From the NCBI GenBank assembly GCA_049860595.1, contig CP187551.1: DNA of 64,000 nucleotides; one strand, 5' to 3'. This document shows, piece by piece, positions 30,461-41,288 of this stretch (positions within the stretch are counted from its first letter, which is position 1; each line of letters opens with the position of its first letter). Source of the stretch: Methanocaldococcus sp. 16A (lineage in GTDB: Archaea > AGJL01 > Methanococci > Methanococcales > Methanocaldococcaceae). The position numbers and the translations under genes are program-made. The notes below the pieces were generated by a model, which had not been told where the DNA came from, made no database searches, and worked only from the letters and a program-made list of their open reading frames with translations.

Positions 30461-31318
30461 ATGAAAATCTCTGATGTTGTTGTTGAATTGTTTAGGGAAG
30501 CAGTTATTTATCTACCAAAAGATGTAAAAGATGCATTAAAAGAGGCTTGTATTAAAGAAAGTAGTGAAATATCAAAAAATACTTTAAAAGCAATTGTAGA
30601 AAACAATGAAATTGCTGAAGAAAAGCAAGTTCCTTTATGTCAAGATACTGGTGTTCCAATAATATTTTTAAAAATTGGGAAAAACATAAATTCATCAGAA
30701 ATTATGAAAATCATTGAGGATTTAAAAGAAGGTGTAAAAAAGGCAACAAAAGAGATTCCTTTAAGGCCTAATGTAGTTCATCCTTTAACAAGAGAGAATT
30801 TTAAAACTAATGTTGGATTAAATGCTCCTTTTATAAACATAGAGTTTGATGAAAGCTTAGATAGAGAGATTGAGATAATTGCATTCCCAAAAGGGGCTGG
30901 TAGCGAGAATATGAGTGCTTTAAAGATGCTAAAGCCATCTGATGGCATAGAAGGAATAAAGAAATTTGTCCTTGAAACTGTAGCTAACGCTGGGGGTAAA
31001 CCTTGCCCACCAATAGTTATTGGAATAGGTATTGGTGGAACTGCAGATGTGGCATTAAAATTAGCTAAAAAGGCATTATTAAGAGATATTGGAGAAAGGC
31101 ATAGAGATAAAGAAATAGCTGAGCTTGAAAAAGAGTTGTTAGAGAAGATAAATAGCTTAGGAATAGGTGTTATGGGTTTAGGTGGAAATACAACTGCCTT
31201 AGATGTATTTATTGAAATTGCTGGCTGCCACACAGCTTCTCTACCTGTTGGAATTTGTATTCAATGCTGGGCGGATAGAAAAGCACGTAAAAAAATAAAA
31301 ATAGATGAAGTTGAATAG
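30461..31318 (+). CDS. Fe-S fumarate hydratase, alpha subunit
   Basis: PLCQDTG, PLRPN, PKGAGSEN, KPCPP, GIGGT, CHTASLP, CWADR. Confidence 0.92.
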   Translation: MKISDVVVELFREAVIYLPKDVKDALKEACIKESSEISKNTLKAIVENNEIAEEKQVPLCQDTGVPIIFLKIGKNINSSEIMKIIEDLKEGVKKATKEIPLRPNVVHPLTRENFKTNVGLNAPFINIEFDESLDREIEIIAFPKGAGSENMSALKMLKPSDGIEGIKKFVLETVANAGGKPCPPIVIGIGIGGTADVALKLAKKALLRDIGERHRDKEIAELEKELLEKINSLGIGVMGLGGNTTALDVFIEIAGCHTASLPVGICIQCWADRKARKKIKIDEVE

Positions 31319-31498
31319 CAAGAATAAGTAATATATTTTAGTGCATTATTCAATATATCAAACTATTTTTAATACATTTAAACATTTAAACATAAAATAT
31401 ATAAAACAAAGTTAAATTTCATATTCTGCACTTAAAGTTTAAATATTAAATGCGTTATAATATTAATCACCAAAAAATTCTGTTAAAAGGTGAGATTA

Positions 31499-32752
31499 AT
31501 GTTAAATGAACCAGTAAAAGAAATAATGACAAAAGATGTAGTTACAGTAACACCTGATACTCCTGTTTCAAAGGCACTTGGTATAATGGAAGAGAACGGA
31601 TTTCATCATTTAATAGTTGTTGATAACAAAGATGGCAAAGAAGAATACTACTTAATAAGCATGAGAGATTTGTTGTTGGCATCATCAGTCCATGAGGAAG
31701 TAGGTTCATTAATGTATAAAGCACACTGTATACATGAAGAAACACCATTCTTAGATGCAGTTTGCGAGATGTTAGATAGTGGGCAGAGAGCAGCTCCAAT
31801 TGTTGATGATAATGGTAAATTAGTAGGAATTATTACTGACTATGACATAATGGCAAGAGCTGCGAAATCAATAATAATGAGGGATACAAAAGTTACAAAA
31901 ATAATGACAAGGAATGTTATAACAATAAAAGAAGATGATTCAATTGGTAAGGCAAGAGCTTTAATGAGAGATAACAACATTGGTAGATTAGTTGTAGTAG
32001 ATGATGAAGGAAATCCAATTGGAATGGTTACTGAAGTTGATATACTAAAGAAAATCTTTAAACCAAAGAAAAAAATGACTGTTGGTGAATTTAAAGGAGA
32101 AAAAGTTCCAAGAATGGGTCAGCCAGTTAAATTAATTATGAACTCTCCACTAATTACAGTTGATGTTGATGCAAGTGCTGCAGATGCTGCAAGAGTTATG
32201 CAGGAATATGATATTAGGGGGGTTCCTGTTGTTAAAGGCAAATCTTTAAGAGGAATTGTTACAAGATTAGATATTATAAAATACATTGCTGACTTAAAGA
32301 AAGGAGCAATGATTGAAGTTGAATTACATGGAATGCTTGACCCTGAATTTAAAGACCTTGCTGAGAGAATTATCGCAACAGAAGTTAAGAAGATGATTAA
32401 GCATGCAGGAAAAATCCACTGGATAAAGATAACCATTAAAAAAGATAGGGATAAAGGAGGGGTCCCATACTACAGAATAACAACCTACGTTAAAACACCA
32501 AACAAATTGTATGTTGGAGAAGGTAGACCTAAAGCTTCATTACCAAACAAATTAAAGGCAGAAGGTGAAGATATAGAATACACTTCAGAACATGAAAGAT
32601 GGGAATTCATTGACATATTAAAAGAATCATTAGAATCAGTATTAAGACAGTTAGAAGCTGATTTTGAAAAACACCACCCAAAATATGCTGGTAGAGTAAT
32701 TAAAGGTCAGATTCCTGAAGAATTTAACCCAGAAGAGTTTAAAAGAGATTAA
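31499..32752 (+). CDS. Four-CBS-domain protein with C-terminal HPF/RaiA-like domain (probable ribosome hibernation factor)
   Basis: Two CBS pairs followed by a beta-alpha-beta-beta-beta-alpha-like pattern. Confidence 0.7.
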   Translation: MLNEPVKEIMTKDVVTVTPDTPVSKALGIMEENGFHHLIVVDNKDGKEEYYLISMRDLLLASSVHEEVGSLMYKAHCIHEETPFLDAVCEMLDSGQRAAPIVDDNGKLVGIITDYDIMARAAKSIIMRDTKVTKIMTRNVITIKEDDSIGKARALMRDNNIGRLVVVDDEGNPIGMVTEVDILKKIFKPKKKMTVGEFKGEKVPRMGQPVKLIMNSPLITVDVDASAADAARVMQEYDIRGVPVVKGKSLRGIVTRLDIIKYIADLKKGAMIEVELHGMLDPEFKDLAERIIATEVKKMIKHAGKIHWIKITIKKDRDKGGVPYYRITTYVKTPNKLYVGEGRPKASLPNKLKAEGEDIEYTSEHERWEFIDILKESLESVLRQLEADFEKHHPKYAGRVIKGQIPEEFNPEEFKRD

Positions 32753-32824
32753 GTCAATTTATTTTATTTTATTATTTTAATTATTTTGTTTAATTTTTAA
32801 TCTGAATAGTATTAAGTGATTTTT

Positions 32825-33265
32825 ATGAACGAGTTAAAGGTAAAGAGAATTGCAAATGGGACAGTTATAGACCATATAGATGCAGGAAAAGCATTAATAG
32901 TTTTTAAGGTTTTAAATGTCCCAAAAGAAACTTCTGTAATGATAGCTATAAATGTCCCATCAAAAAAGAAAGGGAAGAAAGATATTTTAAAAATTGAGGG
33001 CATTGAACTAAAAAAAGAAGATGTAGATAAAATATCCCTAATTTCTCCAGATGTAACTATCAATATCATTAGAAATTGTAAAGTGGTTAAAAAATTAAAA
33101 CCTCAAATTCCAGACAATATAGAGGGAATATTAAAATGTACAAACCCTAACTGCATAACCAATAAAGAAAAAATTAGAGGAAAATTTAAAATAGAGAGTA
33201 AAAACCCATTAAAGATTAGATGTTATTATTGTGAGAAGTTTTTAAATGAAGTGGTTTTTGAATGA
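32825..33265 (+). CDS. pyrI: Aspartate carbamoyltransferase regulatory chain
   Basis: GTVIDHI, KDILKIE, CTNPNCIT, CYYC. Confidence 0.96.
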   Translation: MNELKVKRIANGTVIDHIDAGKALIVFKVLNVPKETSVMIAINVPSKKKGKKDILKIEGIELKKEDVDKISLISPDVTINIIRNCKVVKKLKPQIPDNIEGILKCTNPNCITNKEKIRGKFKIESKNPLKIRCYYCEKFLNEVVFE

Positions 33266-33285
33266 TAATAATTTAAAGGGAGAGT

Positions 33286-33672
33286 ATGGAATTAAAAGGA
33301 AGGAGTATTTCGAAAGGAGTTATTGAAGGAATAGCAATCGTTTCAAAAAAACCATTCTCTTTTTTAGGGGGTGTTGATAAAGAAGGAAATATTATTGATA
33401 AAGACAGTGATTTATATGGGCAATCCTTAAAAGGAAAAATTTTCGTCTTTCCTTATGGTAGAGGAAGCACGGTAGGTTCTTATGTAATTTATGGTTTAGC
33501 AAAGAAAGGGATATTAAAGGGAATAGTTAATAAAGAATGTGAGCCAATAGTTGCTACTGGAGCTATTTTAGGGGGGATTCCATTAGTTGATAAAATAGAG
33601 ATAGAGAAAATAAAAACTGGAGATAGGATTGTTGTTGATGGAAATAAAGGAGTTGTGAAAATTTTAAGATAA
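33286..33672 (+). CDS. Aconitase X swivel subunit (DUF126; phosphomevalonate dehydratase small subunit-like)
   Basis: SFLGGVD, GRGSTVGSYV, IVATGAILGGIP. Confidence 0.88.
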   Translation: MELKGRSISKGVIEGIAIVSKKPFSFLGGVDKEGNIIDKDSDLYGQSLKGKIFVFPYGRGSTVGSYVIYGLAKKGILKGIVNKECEPIVATGAILGGIPLVDKIEIEKIKTGDRIVVDGNKGVVKILR

Positions 33673-33761
33673 TATCAAATAACAAAGTATGAATGAATAT
33701 TGATTTTTAAATTTTAGGTTTAGTTTATAATCTATTTTAAAAACTTTTTTGGTGATAATTT

Positions 33762-34793
33762 ATGAGTAGAGATGCTAATCCATTCAAAAAAATGCCAACA
33801 ATCTTAATGCCTGATGAATTGATGGCTAAAGCTTTAAGAAGAGGAGAAAAAGTTGCAAATGAGATGAGAAAAAAAGAATTGCCCTGGCTATTGAAAGCAA
33901 GATTTGTGGAAGAACATAAAGTAAGAACAATAGCCTCAGTTGTTGCTGATAACTTACAAAAAGTTATAGATAAAACTCCCCCTGTAAGGAAATTACCTAA
34001 ATTTTATCAGGAGATGGTTGAAGTTTTAGTAGGAATAGATGATTTCAAAAAATCTATGGGAGCATTTAAATGGGCATCTGAATTAGTTAGAAAATTAGGT
34101 AATGAATATGCAAGAAAAATTAGAAAAGCAAGAACTCCACAACAGGCAGGAAAATTAAGGAAGGAATTTGTTGGTAGGGTTAAATCTATATTAAAACAGA
34201 TACATCCAGAGATGGCGTTTGTTGCTGTAGCAAGAGAGAAGTTAAAAGATTTGCCAACATTCAAAGACCTTCCAACTGTTGTTATTGCAGGTTATCCAAA
34301 TGTTGGTAAATCAACATTACTAAAAAAACTTACTGGAGCTGATGTTGAAATAAATAGCTATCCTTTCACAACTAAGGGAATAAATGTTGGTTATATGGGA
34401 GAGATTCAGATGGTTGATACTCCTGGATTGTTAGATAGACCTTTATATGAAAGGAACGATATTGAGTTGCAGGCTATTTTAGCTCTCAACTATTTGGCTA
34501 ATTTAATTTTATTTATAATAGATGCCAGTGAATTTTGTGGTTATACTATAGATGAGCAAATAAATCTATTAAAAGAAATAAAAGAGTTGTTTAAAGCCCC
34601 CATTGTTGTAGCCATAAATAAAATTGATTTAGTGGATGAAGAAAGAATAAAAGAAATTGAAGAGAAATTAAAAGAAGTAGGAATTGAAAAAATATTAAAA
34701 ATCTCTGCTGATAAAGGTGTTGGATTGGAAGAATTAAATAACTCACTTCATAACCTTATTATTCAACAACTCAGAGAGCATGACTTCAACTGA
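33762..34793 (+). CDS. NOG1-family GTPase
   Basis: GYPNVGKS, YPFTTKG, DTPGLLDRP, NKID. Confidence 0.93.
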   Translation: MSRDANPFKKMPTILMPDELMAKALRRGEKVANEMRKKELPWLLKARFVEEHKVRTIASVVADNLQKVIDKTPPVRKLPKFYQEMVEVLVGIDDFKKSMGAFKWASELVRKLGNEYARKIRKARTPQQAGKLRKEFVGRVKSILKQIHPEMAFVAVAREKLKDLPTFKDLPTVVIAGYPNVGKSTLLKKLTGADVEINSYPFTTKGINVGYMGEIQMVDTPGLLDRPLYERNDIELQAILALNYLANLILFIIDASEFCGYTIDEQINLLKEIKELFKAPIVVAINKIDLVDEERIKEIEEKLKEVGIEKILKISADKGVGLEELNNSLHNLIIQQLREHDFN

Positions 34794-36146
34794 ATAAGCA
34801 GCTCTTGTAATTCCCATACTTCTTGGGTCTGCATCAGTTCCAACAATATAAAAACTGTCATTTATTTTTGGATAAACAAAAAACTGTCCTATACAGCAAG
34901 ATGCCTGCTCAGGAATTGCCTTCTGTATATGCAAAAAATCAACTTTATCAACGTCTATATTTAAATATTTTTCAATAGCTTCATAAGCCTCTTTCTCTGT
35001 TTTATTGACAAATGAAACTCCTATCAATGCTTTACCTTTAGGGGCTAAGGATTTATCGTAATTGGTTATACACTTTGCCCATGCAGGTGGGTCTATCCAA
35101 ATCTCTGAACCTTTGTATTTTAAAGAATTTTTTTCTTCATCAATACCAAACCACACAGTTAGTGAGTTTGTGAATTTTATATTTCTTAGACATTTCTCCA
35201 ATTTTTTTATTTCGTCAATATTTTTTGCAATATCAGGGAGAGTTCTTGAAGGTGCTGAAAAGCAAATAATATCAACAACATAGTTATCTTCATTTGTTTC
35301 AATAACATAACCATTTTCTTTATCATTCTTTTCAATTGATGTAACTTCTTCATACCTTATTGTTGTATTTTCTAAGGAGTTTAGTATGCAGTTGGTTATT
35401 GATTGAATCCCTCCAAGTGGATAACCTTGGGTAGAATATCTCTCTCCACTTATGAATTTTGATATATAGTTTTTAGAGCCATCCTTTATAGTTCTTAGAA
35501 ATCCTTTTGATAATATACTCTTTATCCTTTCAGGATTAATTTTTTTTGTTAATATTGACTTCATTGGATTTATCTTAGAATCTTTGTAAATAAAAGGTAG
35601 TATATCATCTTCAGGAATGTATCCAGCTCCTGTAAATAACCTCCACAATGGTGTATTTTCCATACTCTCTCCAGATAAAAAATAGGAAATTGTGTCAAAA
35701 AATTTTAATGACACTTCACTTAATCCCAAAGTTTTTACTACATCATAAACTGATGTTTCTTTCTCAAAACCTGTGCTCATTAAATCCATTATCTTTGTAG
35801 TAATCAATATCTTATCTTTATGTGGAATTATAGGTGTTGTTAGCCATTCTTGTAAAGAAACAGGTATTTTATGTAGTTCGTTATTCAATCTTATGTAGTA
35901 ATCACCATAAGGTCTAAAATTTGGTAAATATTTAGAATATTTTTTTAACAACCTTATTAAAGGCCCGTTATTTAGCATGGTTATTGCATGAACTCCAATA
36001 TCAACTTGATAACCATTTATTTTTTCACTCCTGCATAAACCACCTATTTTATCTTTCTCAAATAACATAACCTCATAACCTTCTCTCTCTAAAGATAAGG
36101 CACTTAAAAGCCCTGATATTCCCCCACCAACAATCCCCACTCTCAT
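34743..36146 (-). CDS. FAD-dependent oxidoreductase, phytoene dehydrogenase-like
   Basis: VGGGISG, FEK..IGG, GYQVDIGVH, GYPLGGIQSI, YIVGTD. Confidence 0.8.
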   Translation of the reverse strand: MRVGIVGGGISGLLSALSLEREGYEVMLFEKDKIGGLCRSEKINGYQVDIGVHAITMLNNGPLIRLLKKYSKYLPNFRPYGDYYIRLNNELHKIPVSLQEWLTTPIIPHKDKILITTKIMDLMSTGFEKETSVYDVVKTLGLSEVSLKFFDTISYFLSGESMENTPLWRLFTGAGYIPEDDILPFIYKDSKINPMKSILTKKINPERIKSILSKGFLRTIKDGSKNYISKFISGERYSTQGYPLGGIQSITNCILNSLENTTIRYEEVTSIEKNDKENGYVIETNEDNYVVDIICFSAPSRTLPDIAKNIDEIKKLEKCLRNIKFTNSLTVWFGIDEEKNSLKYKGSEIWIDPPAWAKCITNYDKSLAPKGKALIGVSFVNKTEKEAYEAIEKYLNIDVDKVDFLHIQKAIPEQASCCIGQFFVYPKINDSFYIVGTDADPRSMGITRAAYSVEVMLSELLNNKVMK

Positions 36147-36159
36147 AAAAATTCCTCAT

Positions 36160-36957
36160 TTATTCATTCTCTATTTCATTTATTAGGTTTAAAGACTCAG
36201 TATCTCCATATTTACTTGCAATATCCTTAATTTTTTCAAGAACTTTTGGTTTTTTATTGGTTAATTTTTTCAATTCCTTGCAGTATTTTATTATATCTTT
36301 ATATCCAACCTCTAAGAATTTACTTTTGAATCTTGATAACTCGTAAGCCAAAAGCCCTCTTAATACATCATCATTTGAGAATAAGAATACTGGATGAATC
36401 CAGATTATTATTCTTTCATCATCCTTTTCCACAAAGTTTTCAATTTTATTCACATCCATAAATACATCAATATAGACAGAAATTTCTTCTTCAACATCAA
36501 TTTCCTCTAATAGTTCTTCAAGAATCTCATTCATCTTTGTATCAAACTCTATAATTTTTTCATCCAATTCATCATCTTCCAACTCCATCCACTTTAGCAT
36601 CCTCTCTTTAAACTCTATGGTTGTATCGTTTGATGGGTAGATTATTGAGTATTCATCTGCCTCAAACTTATATTCTTTACTTGCTCTTGAAGATAGATTT
36701 ATTATCATCAAACCATCATCTAAGTTTTTTAAATTAATGCTTTTTAGTTTATATTTCCTCATCTCCACATCAAAATCTTCCAAATTCTCAAAATCATCCA
36801 AATTCCTAATATAAGCTTTTTCTCCGTTTTTTCCTTTTAGGTAGAATCCTTTAAATTCAATGTCTGCCAAATCTCCTCTAATTACATCCTTTGAAAATTC
36901 ATCTAAGTTTTTGTAAATATCTAATAAAATTTTTTGAGCCAATTCTTTTGCTTTCAT
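36160..36957 (-). CDS. Acidic hypothetical protein
   Basis: 265-aa ORF with RBS; C-terminal LRGLLAYELSR resembles a degenerate zincin helix. Confidence 0.7.
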   Translation of the reverse strand: MKAKELAQKILLDIYKNLDEFSKDVIRGDLADIEFKGFYLKGKNGEKAYIRNLDDFENLEDFDVEMRKYKLKSINLKNLDDGLMIINLSSRASKEYKFEADEYSIIYPSNDTTIEFKERMLKWMELEDDELDEKIIEFDTKMNEILEELLEEIDVEEEISVYIDVFMDVNKIENFVEKDDERIIIWIHPVFLFSNDDVLRGLLAYELSRFKSKFLEVGYKDIIKYCKELKKLTNKKPKVLEKIKDIASKYGDTESLNLINEIENE

Positions 36958-37042
36958 TATTCCACCTATTAAATTTAAATTAATGATATAATCAATAATG
37001 GCAATGCAAATATTTAAATCGTCTATTTTTTAATGTCCTTAG

Positions 37043-37522
37043 CTATCCCCCCTCTCTCAAATACCATCCCTTATCCTTTATATTTTTAATCATCTTTCCA
37101 TCTAAGAATCCAATTCCCAAAAATTCTCTATTTTTATTAAAAATAGCTATTCTTCCAGAGCCTTTAACCTCTATAATTGATTCTTTAAATATGTCTCTTC
37201 CATACAAAAACAATGTTTCTCCCTTTTCATTTACAATTGCATAATTATTTATTATATGTTGGGATATTAATGTAAATCCCTCTAAGGATAATCTAAATTT
37301 CCTCTTAATCTCACCAAAAACATTACCTACTGAAAATATCTCATGAAACATATTTAAATTTCTTATTGTTTGTTTATTTGCATAACAAACAGTTAGCCAT
37401 TTCCCTTCCAAAATTGCTAAATTTTCATAATCAAAATTTTTAACAAAATCTTCATTGGTGTATTTGCTTAATTCCTCTTTTATTAAATTAATTTCTCTTT
37501 TTTTTAGTTCTCTAACTTTCAT
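37043..37522 (-). CDS. Nip7-like PUA-domain ribosome biogenesis protein
   Basis: [26 protein letters not shown]. Confidence 0.85.
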   Translation of the reverse strand: MKVRELKKREINLIKEELSKYTNEDFVKNFDYENLAILEGKWLTVCYANKQTIRNLNMFHEIFSVGNVFGEIKRKFRLSLEGFTLISQHIINNYAIVNEKGETLFLYGRDIFKESIIEVKGSGRIAIFNKNREFLGIGFLDGKMIKNIKDKGWYLREGG

Positions 37523-37563
37523 AATCCCACAGTGATGATAGAGGTACTTAAGCTTTTTATTAT

Positions 37564-37576
37564 AGGACTTTCGCAG
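37564..37576. repeat. Isolated family C terminal repeat
   Basis: AGGACTTTCGCAG, no partner end seen. Confidence 0.55.
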
Positions 37577-37743
37577 GAGTAAACTAATAAGGTATCTTTA
37601 TATATTTAGGGATTATTATAAATTACGAAAATTCCATATTAGTTATTGAAAATAGATAAATTTAATTATTTCAATATTTTGTATTTTAATAAAAAGATTT
37701 TTTGTTGTTGAATAATTTTTTCAAATTAATAAAAAAGAAATAT

Positions 37744-39590
37744 ATTTCATACCGTATCGGTCTGATTTTAATACTCCTCCAAAATCCTTCAGTTTCATCA
37801 TGAATCTCATTTCCATACCGAATCGGTCTGATTTTAATCTCCAGTCCTTTTTTGTTTATTGGCCTCCTCCAATAATTTCCATACCGAATCGGTCTGATTT
37901 TAATGATTACAATAGCGCAAAAATAAACTTAAAAAAATGACTAAAAATTTCCATACCGAATCGGTCTGATTTTAATTTTCTATAATCAACAATAAGCTTA
38001 GCTTTCTTCACATTATTTCCATACCGAATCGGTCTGATTTTAATACCATTTCGTAGTTTTTAGCTATTTTGTAATACTTATTTCCATACCGAATCGGTCT
38101 GATTTTAATTTACAATTTTGGGAGGATGTTTGTAATTATAAAAGAATATTTCCATACCGAATCGGTCTGATTTTAATGTATCCATTTCTTTAATCTCATT
38201 AATTGTTGCTAAAATATTTCCATACCGAATCGGTCTGATTTTAATCAAGATGCAATATCTCAAAATGCTGTGCAAGTGGATTTCCATACCGAATCGGTCT
38301 GATTTTAATTTAATATTCAACTCCATTCCATTCATTAACCTCCTCTATTTCCATACCGAATCGGTCTGATTTTAATCAAGATGCAATATCTCAAAATGCT
38401 GTGCAAGTGGATTTCCATACCGAATCGGTCTGATTTTAATTTAATATTCAACTCCATTCCATTCATTAACCTCCTCTATTTCCATACCGAATCGGTCTGA
38501 TTTTAATCAAGCAATAGCAAGTGGTTCAATTGATATTAGAGCTATTTCCATACCGAATCGGTCTGATTTTAATATTATTGATTGTGTTGGGTCTTGCTGC
38601 TGTCCTTGTGTTGCATTTCCATACCGAATCGGTCTGATTTTAATAGATAAAAGAATGTTCAATGACAAAGAAACATCAGTAAATTTCCATACCGAATCGG
38701 TCTGATTTTAATTTGTATCCAAACTTGTTCCATTAAAATCATCAAAAAACATTTCCATACCGAATCGGTCTGATTTTAATAGAAACTAATACATAACCTT
38801 CTTTGAGCCTTTCTATTTCCATACCGAATCGGTCTGATTTTAATTAAAGATATAGGTTATTTGACATGGTGGGGAGAACAATTAATATTTCCATACCGAA
38901 TCGGTCTGATTTTAATTTTTAATATTATTTTAATATTATATACAATATACCTATTTCCATACCGAATCGGTCTGATTTTAATGGAGGTGGTCAATAATGG
39001 CTTTTGGATTGGAAAGAAGTCAATTTCCATACCGAATCGGTCTGATTTTAATATAAAGAAGAACTTGAAGAGCTTTTAAAAGGGCTTCCATTTCCATACC
39101 GAATCGGTCTGATTTTAATCATTGTTGATTTTATAAGAATTGTAATTTATATTTGTATTATTTCCATACCGAATCGGTCTGATTTTAATAGTCTTATGAG
39201 GATTAATGCAACAATAATTGCAAGATTTCCATACCGAATCGGTCTGATTTTAATACATTTTTTAGCAATCTCTATTATCTCTTTTTCCAAATTTCCATAC
39301 CGAATCGGTCTGATTTTAATTCCTCTTTGCTAATTTCTCAATTTTTTCAATATCTTCATTTCCATACCGAATCGGTCTGATTTTAATTTCCTTATTTGAC
39401 TGCATAAACCACAACCTCCCAAAGATTTCCATACCGAATCGGTCTGATTTTAATACATTTTTTAGCAATCTCTATTATCTCTTTTTCCAAATTTCCATAC
39501 CGAATCGGTCTGATTTTAATTTAAAGTATTTAGCATAATATCATTTCAGTAATTATGAAAATTTCCATACCGAATCGGTCTGATTTTAAT
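37744..39590 (-). CRISPR. CRISPR array, 28 repeats and 27 spacers (34-42 bp)
   Basis: 30-bp repeat ATTTCCATACCGAATCGGTCTGATTTTAAT on + (ATTAAAATCAGACCGATTCGGTATGGAAAT on -); degenerate terminal repeat at 37744-37772 marks the trailer; counted by hand. Confidence 0.98.
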
Positions 39591-39960
39591 AGGTAGCATT
39601 TTTTGAATTAATTGAAATTAGTCTTTTTTAAATCTTTATTTTATAGGGGATTTATTACAACTCCCTAATTACTTGTTTTGTTTATATACCCAAACTAATA
39701 TATATACTTTATGACATTATGATAATTAGCATAATAAAAACTTTTTAACTAAAAAACCAAATTATCCATTGGGGAAATCTCAATCTAAAGATAATTACTA
39801 AAAATCTAATAAAAATCTTATTAATTCAATATATCCAAATAAATAAAATATCTAAAATAAGCTATCCTTAAAAATTAGTTAAAAACTCTTAAATCTAAAA
39901 AATAAGTTTTTAAAAATCTTATAATTAAGAATAAAAATTTTTTAGTGAGATAAATGTCAC
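39591..39960 (-). promoter_or_regulatory. CRISPR leader
   Basis: AT-rich non-coding stretch next to the non-degenerate end; minus-strand AAAG-TATATATA near 39700 resembles BRE/TATA; outer boundary approximate. Confidence 0.75.
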
Positions 39961-39973
39961 TTAAATATACAAA

Positions 39974-41143
39974 TTATTCAATTTTAACTGCATGGGCACA
40001 TTTTTCAGCTAACTCTCTTGCTTTCTCTACGGAATCAGCGTAAGCTAAAGCAACACCCATCCTTCTACCAACTTTTGCATTTGGCTTACCAAACAATCTT
40101 AACTTAGTATTTGGCACTTTTAAAGCTTCTTCTATATGATATTTTGGAGCGTATTTGTTAATATCAGCTTTTATCACATGGCTTGCTCCTGGATGAATAA
40201 GATTTGTTGATACTGGCAACCCTAATATAGCTCTAACGTGAATCTCGAATTCACTCATCTCTTGGGTAATCATTGTAACCATTCCTGTATCATGAGGTCT
40301 TGGTGAAACCTCGCTGAATATAACCTCATCTCCTTTAACAAACAACTCAACTCCAAAGATTCCATATCCTCCTAATGCATCAGTAACCTTTTTGGCTATA
40401 TCTTGAGCTTGTTCTTTTAATTCATCAGGCATATCGTGAGGTTGCCAACTTTCGTGGTAGTCTCCATCTATTTGGATATGCCCTATTGGCTCACAAAACT
40501 TAGTTCCTTCAGCAGTTCTCGCAGTTAATAGGGTGATCTCATAATCAAAGTTTATAAACTCTTCTACAATAACTCTATTTCCTATTCCCCTTGCCCCTTC
40601 TTTTGCAATTATCCAAGCTTTTTCTATATCCTCTTCTTTTTTAATTACACTCTGCCCCTTTCCAGATGAAGACATGATTGGTTTTACAACACAAGGCAAG
40701 CCAAGTTTTTCTACTGCCTCTTTCAACTCTTCTAATGAATCTGCAAATTCATATTTGGCAGTTCTTAATTTCAATTTTTCAGCTGCTAATCTTCTTATTA
40801 ACTCTCTATTCATGGTTATTTTTGTTGCTTCAGCTGTTGGAATAACAGTATAACCCATTTTTTCAGCATCTATTAATGCATCTGTATTTATTGCTTCAAT
40901 TTCAGGAACAATGTAATCTGGCTCTTCCTTCTCAATAATTGCCATCAACGCATCATAATCTTTCATATCAATAACATAGCTTTTGTGAGCTACTTGCATA
41001 GCTGGGGCATTTTGGTATCTATCTACTGCTATACACTCAACCCCTAATCTTTGAGCTTCAATAACTACTTCTTTTCCTAATTCACCACTACCTAACAACA
41101 AAAATTTTACACTACCCTTCAAAAGGGGTGTCCCAATTGCCAT
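39974..41143 (-). CDS. purT: Formate-dependent phosphoribosylglycinamide formyltransferase
   Basis: [40 protein letters not shown]. Confidence 0.96.
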   Translation of the reverse strand: MAIGTPLLKGSVKFLLLGSGELGKEVVIEAQRLGVECIAVDRYQNAPAMQVAHKSYVIDMKDYDALMAIIEKEEPDYIVPEIEAINTDALIDAEKMGYTVIPTAEATKITMNRELIRRLAAEKLKLRTAKYEFADSLEELKEAVEKLGLPCVVKPIMSSSGKGQSVIKKEEDIEKAWIIAKEGARGIGNRVIVEEFINFDYEITLLTARTAEGTKFCEPIGHIQIDGDYHESWQPHDMPDELKEQAQDIAKKVTDALGGYGIFGVELFVKGDEVIFSEVSPRPHDTGMVTMITQEMSEFEIHVRAILGLPVSTNLIHPGASHVIKADINKYAPKYHIEEALKVPNTKLRLFGKPNAKVGRRMGVALAYADSVEKARELAEKCAHAVKIE

Positions 41144-41288
41144 AAATTCCACCAAAAAATTTTAGCTTATATACTTAACTATTAATAGAATACTTAATTA
41201 TATAGTTTTTCAAAATAAATACGAAAAATTTAAATATTATCTTACTTCATAAAATACGAATTGGCATAACTTTTAATGAGGTGATATT

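Noticed and set aside
37977-38014. Possible self-targeting spacer (TTTCTTCACATT also near 12781)
   Set aside because: Only about 12 bp match; no full spacer match to the window found by eye
38713-38750. Spacer containing ATTAAAATCA, matching the start of the reverse repeat
   Set aside because: 10-bp AT-rich match, plausible by chance
38105-39079. ORFs 38105-38335 and 38861-39079
   Set aside because: Translations of CRISPR repeat-spacer units
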